Part shown: one piece after another, positions 56,528 through 64,000 of the stretch
Numbering within the stretch: the stretch's first letter is position 1
How the letters are laid out: the number at the start of each line of letters is the position of its first letter
Assembly: GCA_965248435.1 (NCBI GenBank)
Contig: OZ252100.1
Location: 1,728,001-1,792,000, forward strand
Source: Candidatus Latescibacterota bacterium
GTDB lineage: Bacteria; Latescibacterota; UBA2968; GCA-2709665
Length of the DNA: 64,000 bases
Direction of reading: 5' to 3'
Notes under the pieces: generated by a model
What the model was told of the DNA's origin: nothing
What the model saw: only the letters and a program-made list of their open reading frames with translations
Database searches by the model: none
Made by a program: the position numbers and the translations under genes

Positions 56528-57577
56528 CTACATCTCCATTGTCTCCGTCCTCTCGACCTCCGTCATGTAGTTGGACTCGTCCGCCTTTACGATCTTTTCC
56601 GTAAGCTGAATCGCGCGACGTTTCCCCGAAAGGCCGAGCCGGCCCAAAAACTTCGGTCGAGCTCCCACAAAAACGATGGAATCTTGAGTAATCGGCGTAT
56701 CCAGTCTCAAGACGTCCCCTTCCCTGAGATTCCGAACCTCGCCAAGGCTGATCTCGGTGCGTCCCAGCAGAATTCGCACCGGTGCAAATACCCGGTCCAG
56801 CTGGAGCAGACGCTCCTCCTTCGTGCTTTCTCGCCTTCCCTTTTCCCGGCTCGCCCATGTCTGAACGTTCAGGTAGTTCATAACCGGTTCCAGGGTAAAA
56901 TAGGGATAGCAGAGATTGACGAGTCCCGACGCGTGCTGAGAGTTGACCTCGAATGCGATCAGGACGACCGTGTCCGATGGAGCTGCAACCTGCATGAACT
57001 CCGGGTTCGTCTCCAACTCGGCATCGGAGACCTGGATCTTGATCAGCGGCTCCCAGGTCGCCTCAAGATCTGCTAGCGTCCGAGTCACGACTTTCCCCAT
57101 CACGGTCCGTTCAATGCTCGTTAAGGGACGTGCCTCCGAAGGCGGATTGCCTCCAGTCCCACCGAACTGCCGATCGATAAACGAGTACGCCACCGGAAGT
57201 GAGAAGTCGATAATGGCCGGACCGCCCAGGGGTTCGATCGTAAACGTATAAGAGCACGAAGGGTTGGACAGTGACATGATGAATTCCGCGTAGGTCGTCT
57301 GGTCTACGAATGCGATATCGCAATCCACAACCGAGCGCTGCATCGTTGAGAAGGATGAGGCCATCATCCTGGCCAAGTTGGAGTGAAGGTTTTCAAGGGT
57401 GCGTTGCTGGTCCTTCGACACGCGGGCCGGATGCTTGAAATCGTACGTAATAATCGGTCGTGAAGAGGATGCACGCATCTCGCTCGGAGAGAGGCCACCC
57501 CCGCCCCCATCCCCCTCATCCGACCCTGTGGCGGTCAACAGCGCATCGATCTCATCTTGTGACAGGATATCTGGCAT
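56528..57577 (-). CDS. fliM: Flagellar motor switch protein FliM
   Basis: N-terminal LSQDEIDALL CheY-binding peptide, YDFKHP.RVSK, QTTYAEFI.SLSNP, ETNPEFMQV, C-terminal SpoA domain (GDVLRLD). Confidence 0.95.
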   Translation of the reverse strand: MPDILSQDEIDALLTATGSDEGDGGGGGLSPSEMRASSSRPIITYDFKHPARVSKDQQRTLENLHSNLARMMASSFSTMQRSVVDCDIAFVDQTTYAEFIMSLSNPSCSYTFTIEPLGGPAIIDFSLPVAYSFIDRQFGGTGGNPPSEARPLTSIERTVMGKVVTRTLADLEATWEPLIKIQVSDAELETNPEFMQVAAPSDTVVLIAFEVNSQHASGLVNLCYPYFTLEPVMNYLNVQTWASREKGRRESTKEERLLQLDRVFAPVRILLGRTEISLGEVRNLREGDVLRLDTPITQDSIVFVGARPKFLGRLGLSGKRRAIQLTEKIVKADESNYMTEVERTETMEM

Positions 57578-57625
57578 CGATCAAACCCTCATCGTGCGAA
57601 TAAATCCGAAATCTCATACTCCATA

Positions 57626-57654
57626 AAATTAGGTCTCTCGAAAGCGTCTGTCAA
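57626..57654 (-). promoter_or_regulatory. Possible sigma70 promoter of fliM
   Basis: Minus strand TTGACA-N17-TAATTT. Confidence 0.5.
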
Positions 57655-57696
57655 GACCGGGTCTACCCGGTTTCCAAGAAAATCCGTTATATATTA

Positions 57697-57712
57697 AGCA
57701 AGTTTTGTGCCA
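57697..57712 (-). promoter_or_regulatory. sigma54 promoter of fliM
   Basis: Minus strand TGGCACAAAACTTGCT. Confidence 0.82.
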
Positions 57713-57830
57713 TCATAACCGATCGGCTCTTTTCACTTGTGCGAGTTTAGTCAGAATGGCATTGCGATGACCCTCCTGGCGTCCTATCTTCATTCGGCCG
57801 CTTTGCCGAACGAACGAGACGGAGGGACTA

Positions 57831-59066
57831 ATGGTCATCCGGGATCCAATCCACGGCGATCTTTTCTTTACCGAGGCGGAGCGTCGCCTGATGGACACCC
57901 CTCAAATGCAGCGCCTTCGGGGCATCCGTCAAACGGGAACGGCCCACTTTGTCTACCCTGGATGCGTCCACACCCGGTTCGAGCACTCGCTCGGTACGAC
58001 CGCGATGGCGAGGCGGATCCTTGGCTCCATCAAGCAGAACGGGTGGGAAATCTCCTCCGACCAGGAAGCCGTTGTTGCCCTGGCGGCGCTCGTCCACGAC
58101 GTCTCACACCTCCCTTTCGGCCATACCTTCGAAGACGAGCGCAGGCTCTTCCCCCGTCACGATTCAGTAGAGCGCCTGACCGCCTTCCTCTCGCAGAAAG
58201 AACTGGGGTGTGCGATAGAGGCGTCCGGCTTCCGAGAAGATCTGATTGGCCTCCTGACCGACCCCGCGTTCGATCCACCCTGGATGCGGCAGATCGTTTC
58301 CAGCACGGTCGACGCCGACCTGCTGGACTACCTCAGACGAGATGCCTATTTTGCAGGTCTAAAGCAGGACTACGACGATCGGATCCTCAGTCACTTTACT
58401 GTTGAGGACGAAAACCTGACCATCGACGCCAGAAAGCTCAGTACCCGTACCGAGCTCCTCCACCTCCTCCGCCTCCGCTATTTCCTGACCGAGCGCGTCT
58501 ACACCCATCACGCCAAACTGATCTCCGGAGCGATGATTGCCAAGGCCGTTGAATTAAGCGTAATGCAGGGCCTGACTGAGGCGGCCCTTTATGAGCTGAC
58601 CGATGATTGTCTTCTGAAGAGTTTGTCGGAAAATGATGATCACCGCATAAGCTCGCTAGCAACCGGTGTCGTGCAGCGAAAACTCCTCAAGAGAGCTTAC
58701 GTCCTCTCAGAATCAGAGATCGGCCGCACGGGTCGAGACGAAATGATCGGGACCTACCACCGATCTGCAGAAGCAAGGGCACGTAAAGAGAAGGAGATTG
58801 CAGACGCAGCAGCCCTCGAGTCCCACGAAGTCATTCTCTATTGTCCAGATGTTTCGTTCATCAAAGAGGCCAGAGTTTTTGTCAGAACCAGGGACGGACT
58901 TCGTCGCCTTAACGAGCCGACCGACAGCCCGCCCTTCGACGTAAAAGCCCTAGAGGATCAGTATGAGAGGCTCTGGAGATTCTATGTCTTTGCTCCGGAA
59001 GGCCATCAAAACCGTGTGGTCAACGTTTGCGAGAAGAGCATCGGAGAGCGGAATGCACGCTTCTGA
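57831..59066 (+). CDS. HD-domain phosphohydrolase (COG1078, dNTPase-like)
   Basis: IRDPIHG, QRLRGIRQ.G, YPG..HTRFEHSLG, HDVSH.PFGH, DADLLDYL.RD. Confidence 0.9.
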   Translation: MVIRDPIHGDLFFTEAERRLMDTPQMQRLRGIRQTGTAHFVYPGCVHTRFEHSLGTTAMARRILGSIKQNGWEISSDQEAVVALAALVHDVSHLPFGHTFEDERRLFPRHDSVERLTAFLSQKELGCAIEASGFREDLIGLLTDPAFDPPWMRQIVSSTVDADLLDYLRRDAYFAGLKQDYDDRILSHFTVEDENLTIDARKLSTRTELLHLLRLRYFLTERVYTHHAKLISGAMIAKAVELSVMQGLTEAALYELTDDCLLKSLSENDDHRISSLATGVVQRKLLKRAYVLSESEIGRTGRDEMIGTYHRSAEARARKEKEIADAAALESHEVILYCPDVSFIKEARVFVRTRDGLRRLNEPTDSPPFDVKALEDQYERLWRFYVFAPEGHQNRVVNVCEKSIGERNARF

Positions 59067-59076
59067 CCCCTCAAAG

Positions 59077-61458
59077 TTAACGACGAAGTGCCATCGCTCG
59101 GCGGTGCGCCCTCCTGGCAAATTCGTCGTCCTCCGGCCAAAGGTTTTCGAACGTTCGATATGCCCTCAACGCACCCTCCCTGTCACCATCTTCCTCGAGT
59201 AGACCCGCGAGCGTGAAATAGGCCTGGGCGAAACTGGAATCCATTCGAATCGCCTTGCGGCAGGAGGCGTGGGCTGCTGGTCGGTTTCCCATACGACGGT
59301 GGATGATCGCAAGGTTGTTGTAGACCTGTGGCGACGATCCTCCCAGCGACTCCAGCCTCCGATACGCCGCTTCCGCGCCACTCAAGTTTCCTTCTGACGC
59401 ATACGCATCCCCGAGGATGGGATAGACCTGCTTCAACCGTTTCTGGGCCCGGCGTATGTAGGCCGGATGGCCCTTCCAGACCTCGAGAAAGGACTCGTAG
59501 GCATCCGCCGAAGACGGGTAGTCCTCCATATATATGTAGAGTCCTCCCAAGCTGTAATACACCTCAAACATCTTCGGGTCGAGCTGCAGCGCCTTTTGGT
59601 AGCCCTTGAGGGCCTGGTCTAATGCCCCTCGTTCCGCATAGATCAGTCCCATATTGTGGTGTGCCGCAGCACTCCACGCACTCCGATCTTCATAGATCTT
59701 CAGGGCGCGATCGATCTCACCCGTTTCTTTGAATACCGCCGCCAGGTTGTTCAGGAGGGTCCCATCCTCGGGGAAAATTTCTAGTCCCTTCAGGTAGCTC
59801 CTTTCAGCAGCTTGATAATCCCCCAATGCGGCCTCTGTACGTCCCAGGTTGTTGTAAACAGCCGGCAAATAAGGTTGGAGCGCGCGGTAGGCTTCGTAGA
59901 CGGATCGCGCGCCCTCGTTATCCCCTTGTGCCGACTTCGCCTCGCCAAGAAGCAGATAGACCCTGTGATCAAAACGACCCGCTTCCATTGCTCGCAATGC
60001 CTCTGCTTCCTGTTGCGCGCTTTCGCCGTTGTGCTGCGCCTCGAATGCCCGGGTCAGGTGCCGTTCGAACCCGACCATCTTCACGCACAGGAAGATCCCC
60101 ACCAGGACCGCGACCGCACCCACAGCGGCCGATGTCCGGACCCACATTCCCGAGGCACTGCGCGCGTAATCATAACTTCTCATCGGACGTCCCGCCAGAC
60201 CCAGGGCGACCCAAAACACGAACGATGGCCCGACCTCTGAACGCGGAAAGCTGAAGAAAGAATGGCACAGGAGCGAGAGCAGACCCGCCATCATGAACAG
60301 CGCAAGGATACGATCTTCTTCCTCACCCCTGTTCAGCTTTTGAAATACCTGCACCCCTACTGCCCACAACAGCCAGATGAATAGGGCGAGACCAGGCGTT
60401 CCCAACTCCGACCAGATCCAGAGAAAATCGTTGTGGGGCCTACGCGGCGCCGAACCCAGGACCAGGACGTCCCCTTGATCGTAGACCGGATAGTAAACAG
60501 ACCAGTTCTGCAACCCGACACCCGTAAGAAGGTTTTCCTGAATCATCTCAAGCGTATGCCACCAAATGTTTAGCCTGCCTCGATCCGCCCCCGGTTTTGC
60601 GAGCGAAGACACCGTGCTTCCGATCCCCACCTTCTTTTCGTCAAGACGGTGCAAGCTCAAGTCTGTGTAGCGGGCAGGTGTGAGACTTACCAGGACGACC
60701 AGACACAACAACACGAAGGCGGCCGTGAATTTCTGTCGAGTCAAACGCCGCCAAAGCAGAGACAGGATTGAACCACCCTCTCTCTTTCCACAAAACCAGG
60801 CCAACGCAAGCCCGGTACAGGCGGCCGTAGATATTCCTAGCCATGCACCGCGCGAACGCGTGAGGACCAAAAATGCTGACATGCAAGCGATCGCCCCGAC
60901 ACCGAGCAACCAGTCTCGTTTTTTGTCTCTCAAAAACAAAGAGGCCGAAAGGGGTATGTTCACGGCCAGGTACATCGCAGCGACGTTTCGAAAACCAAAC
61001 GTCGCGCTTGGACGCCCGGCAGAAGGGTACAAAGCCCACCCAACTCCAAAATGCTCCAGGATGCCAATCACAGATACGCATAGTCCCCCAATCGCACTAA
61101 AGCGGAGCAGACTGAGGGTCTGGGTCGGGGGCACCAAAGCGGCCGCCCCCAAAGCGACAATTCCATATCCTACGTGTGTACTGAGCGTGATGAGCGCTTC
61201 AGAGGGATTAATACCTCGAACGGACTGCAGAGATGTCAGAAATAGGTAAGCCAGCAGGGGTAGGACGAAGGGGGTGTTCCGAGGTAGGTAAAAGCGACGT
61301 GCCGTAAAACAGGAGAGGGCAAGGCCGAAACAGATAACCTGGAGTAGAATCAACCTTGGGGTATCAACAGAGAGGCCCGGCACATACAGGACGGGCATAA
61401 CAACCAGGCCCACTCGAACAATCCAGGCACCCGCTTGGGAACCGGACCAGCGTTTCAC
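59077..61458 (-). CDS. O-antigen ligase family (Wzy_C) membrane protein with C-terminal TPR array
   Basis: RPSATFG.RN, LTRSRGAWLG, GRLNIW, GVGLQNW, PHNDFL..WSELG; several TPRs (YNNLG, HHNMG, YNNLA). Confidence 0.88.
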   Translation of the reverse strand: MKRWSGSQAGAWIVRVGLVVMPVLYVPGLSVDTPRLILLQVICFGLALSCFTARRFYLPRNTPFVLPLLAYLFLTSLQSVRGINPSEALITLSTHVGYGIVALGAAALVPPTQTLSLLRFSAIGGLCVSVIGILEHFGVGWALYPSAGRPSATFGFRNVAAMYLAVNIPLSASLFLRDKKRDWLLGVGAIACMSAFLVLTRSRGAWLGISTAACTGLALAWFCGKREGGSILSLLWRRLTRQKFTAAFVLLCLVVLVSLTPARYTDLSLHRLDEKKVGIGSTVSSLAKPGADRGRLNIWWHTLEMIQENLLTGVGLQNWSVYYPVYDQGDVLVLGSAPRRPHNDFLWIWSELGTPGLALFIWLLWAVGVQVFQKLNRGEEEDRILALFMMAGLLSLLCHSFFSFPRSEVGPSFVFWVALGLAGRPMRSYDYARSASGMWVRTSAAVGAVAVLVGIFLCVKMVGFERHLTRAFEAQHNGESAQQEAEALRAMEAGRFDHRVYLLLGEAKSAQGDNEGARSVYEAYRALQPYLPAVYNNLGRTEAALGDYQAAERSYLKGLEIFPEDGTLLNNLAAVFKETGEIDRALKIYEDRSAWSAAAHHNMGLIYAERGALDQALKGYQKALQLDPKMFEVYYSLGGLYIYMEDYPSSADAYESFLEVWKGHPAYIRRAQKRLKQVYPILGDAYASEGNLSGAEAAYRRLESLGGSSPQVYNNLAIIHRRMGNRPAAHASCRKAIRMDSSFAQAYFTLAGLLEEDGDREGALRAYRTFENLWPEDDEFARRAHRRAMALRR

Positions 61459-61459
61459 G

Positions 61460-62856
61460 TCAGTAGGCCCCTCTAGCCAACAGCACCTTAGGGATCGTTT
61501 TCAGAATGATCTTGATATCCAGCAAAGGGGACCAGTTTTCGATATAGTAGAAGTCGAAGCGCAACGTCTCGTCGAAACTCAGGTCGCTCCGCCCACTGAT
61601 TTGAGCCAGACCCGTCAACCCGGGGAGCACCTCAAATCGCTTCCACTGCCAGCTTTCATACCGATCCACCTCAGATGGAAGCGGGGGACGCGGACCACAA
61701 CACTCATTTCGCCTTTGATCACGTTTATGAGTTGAGGAACTTCATCGACGCTGAATTTCCTAATCAGTCTTCCGATTCGAGTGATCCGCGGATCTTGCTT
61801 TATCTTGAAGAGCGCACCCTCAACCTCGTTCAATCCATCAAGTTCAGTCCTCAGCACCTCCGCGTCCTTGCGCATAGATCTGAGTTTGTAAATCATGAAA
61901 GGTCGTGCCTTTTTTCCAATCCGCTTCTGTCTCCAGACGACGGGTCCCTGGGATTCGAGCCTGATCAATGCGGCCGAGATGCCTATCAGCGGAGAAACAA
62001 CAAGCAGAGAACCGAGCGCCAGCAGTAGATCGATCGTTCGCTTCAAAATACGACTCGAGCGAAGGAAAATACGCTCTTCCAATGCAAAGATGGGTACCCC
62101 GGCCACTTCACGGACCTGAATCTGGCTGGTCAGCATGTGGAACAGCGTCGGGACCATGCTGAACTTCACCCTGGAATCCTGGCAGGCCCCCATAAGGGTC
62201 ATCACTCTGGAGGGATCGGCGTCCCCCGCCGTAATCATCACCTCATCCACCGGGCTGGATCGGAGCCTCTCGCTCACAATTTCGGGATCTGTTTCATCGA
62301 TCAGTCCAACCGGTGCATAGCCCAACTCTGGGTTCTTGCTGAGCAAGGTGTGAAAAGAGTGGCCAAAATGGCCGTTGCCCAAAATCAGCACACGGGTCAA
62401 ACCCACGCCCCGCCTGCGCAAGGCCGTAATGACCGTGTCAAAGCCGAGACGCCAGAACGTTAAGATGAAGATGCCCAGCAGCCAGGAAACGGCAATAACG
62501 ATTCGAGAATACGTCTCTATCGAGTCACCGGGAATTCTGCCCCTGATGGCAAAACTGACTGCCGCCGCAATCAGGTGGGAAAGCGTCACGGCCTTCACAA
62601 CCGCAAAGAAATCGTCGATGCCAAAAAAGGGCTGCTTCAGCCTGTACATGCCGGAATTGTAGAGCGTAACGAACCCCACGAACCCGATGAACACGGAAAA
62701 TCGCAGATACGTCCCAAAGTCCGCTTCCGGCGGTGTGGGAAAAACAGGAAGGTGGAACCGGGCCCAGTAGGCCAGCAGGAAGGCAGAAGCCAAAAATCCC
62801 GTGTCCAACGTGGCCAAGACCACCTTAAACACTGCCCGTTCATTTATCCGCGTCAA
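61460..62856 (-). pseudogene. Priming undecaprenyl-phosphate sugar phosphotransferase (WcaJ/WbaP family) with 1-nt frameshift near 61697 (real or sequencing error)
   Basis: KRTIDL, YKLRSM, DPRITRIG..IRKFSVDEVPQL.NV.KGEMSV; expected VGPRP reads GTT GT GGT CCG CGT CCC; C-terminus PGLTGLAQISGR...YIENWS lies in the next frame. Confidence 0.88.
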
Positions 62857-62937
62857 ACAATGCCTCCGTCGACAAACAAATGGCCCTCCTTCTGCCAGAT
62901 AAAGAAAGGCCGCACGACAAACTGCCGGTCCAGTCCT

Positions 62938-63471
62938 TTATCCGCTTCCAGAGCGTTTCCCTCGATGTTTGAATTCATCGAAAATGGGGAACTGGGAGCG
63001 GCCTCTTTCTTCCACAGCCTTGTGGCACGAAGGACAAACAGAAATCAGATTGTCTGACCGATTGGCGTCGCTGGCAGCCTCGAACATCCTGGCTGGCACC
63101 AGGTGATGAACATCGAGTCGACGCCCGAGTGCCTCCTCCGATCGGCCGCAGATTCTACAGCGGAAGCCGTCTCGCCTTCTCGTGCGTGCGGCCTCTATCT
63201 TCCAGTTGCCGCCCCGAAAGGCCGGCCGGCCCGCCAATTGAACGGCAGTCGACTCATCTTCTCCAGACTCCCACGCTTCGCGGCAGTGGTTACCACAAAA
63301 ATGCAGCTCGAGCCCCTTTTCGGCGTACCATCGTGGTACGGAGAAGGGTCGCCTGCACCCGCGACACCGCACGTCCACCCGATCCGTTCTTCGAACCTTC
63401 GGCTCCTCAACAAAAGCGAACCGAATCTGGGAGGACAGCTCAGTAGCCTTCCGACGCCTCGCTCTGGGCAT
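62938..63471 (-). CDS. HNH endonuclease with N-terminal Cys4 zinc motif
   Basis: CRGC...FCGNHC; GGNW, RDGFRCRICG, LDVHH.VP, NLISVCPSCH. Confidence 0.85.
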   Translation of the reverse strand: MPRARRRKATELSSQIRFAFVEEPKVRRTDRVDVRCRGCRRPFSVPRWYAEKGLELHFCGNHCREAWESGEDESTAVQLAGRPAFRGGNWKIEAARTRRRDGFRCRICGRSEEALGRRLDVHHLVPARMFEAASDANRSDNLISVCPSCHKAVEERGRSQFPIFDEFKHRGKRSGSG

Positions 63472-63488
63472 CACCAATTCGCGAACAG

Positions 63489-64000
63489 CTAGAATTCGGG
63501 GACGATCACTGTTACCGTACTGTCGCGGGGAAGCGTCTCTTTCGTGAAGATGTCTGCAAGGGTTTGGGCATCCCGTACCTGCTCCAGCTCAAGAAGGGCC
63601 TTGACCACATCAAGCGTGTCTACGTCCACGACGACCGTATCCGCGAAGGCTCGGCTGCTCCCGCTGCTCAGGTCCCTTAGATGGGCAACGAACTGCCGGG
63701 TCCCGGTCGGAATCTGCGAAATCGTCACCAGGCGTCCGACCAAGCCCTCCTCTAAAGAACTGAACCCATCACCAAGACTGACAGATGCCAGGGGCAGCAT
63801 GTTCAAGTCGGGATGATGGGGCTCCTCGATCACTTCCAGGATATCCAGGACCGAGGAAGCGCTCAGCGAGGCGAGTCCCGCGGCGCTCAGGCTTGCTTCA
63901 GCCGTGTCGATCACCGCCTGGAAATCCACCCGACCCCCGATCCGAACCAGTCCGATCGGAATCAAGCGAGTTTGATCGGCCACGATGACCGAGTCTGCTG
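63489..64000 (-). CDS. Hypothetical protein, 5' truncated by window edge
   Basis: Frame open to the window end; ends just upstream of the HNH gene in the same orientation. Confidence 0.6.
   Translation of the reverse strand, partial: ADSVIVADQTRLIPIGLVRIGGRVDFQAVIDTAEASLSAAGLASLSASSVLDILEVIEEPHHPDLNMLPLASVSLGDGFSSLEEGLVGRLVTISQIPTGTRQFVAHLRDLSSGSSRAFADTVVVDVDTLDVVKALLELEQVRDAQTLADIFTKETLPRDSTVTVIVPEF

Noticed and set aside
1-64000. CRISPR arrays, rRNA, tRNA, transposases, integrases, reverse transcriptases
   Set aside because: No regularly spaced repeats, RNA gene signatures or catalytic motifs were seen by eye; a small RNA could be missed without a covariance-model search

Overview
Bacterial genomic window from a diderm, probably flagellated organism: it has lipoproteins, an outer-membrane beta-barrel ending in Phe, and fliM. 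The taxon cannot be fixed from the sequence. About 52 kb (1-51.7 kb) is a + strand glycan biosynthesis and decoration island. It holds NDP-sugar enzymes, a transketolase-based sugar pathway, GT2/GT4 and five GT-C-like membrane proteins, about ten SAM methyltransferases, two carbamoyltransferases, a sulfotransferase, AsnB and an MBOAT/SGNH pair. No wzx/wzy/wzm/wzt is recognisable. The most notable signal is non-coding. The island breaks into five gene blocks, each headed by a sigma54 (-24/-12) promoter motif, and four also carry a sigma28/FliA motif within about 60 bp. Four heads have a 13-bp GGAAAAA-N2-TTCC-like dyad at a fixed 111-113 bp upstream of the -24 GG, and several leaders share a GCCATCCC motif. 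This suggests extracytoplasmic glycosylation wired into the flagellar regulon (inference). The remaining 12 kb holds a CheY-like regulator, a sigma54-headed lipoprotein/LpoB/OMP operon, adk, an orphan sigma54-headed fliM, an HD hydrolase, an O-antigen-ligase/TPR protein, a frameshifted priming sugar transferase and an HNH protein. No rRNA, tRNA, CRISPR array or transposase was seen. All calls come from reading motifs by eye; no database searches were run.
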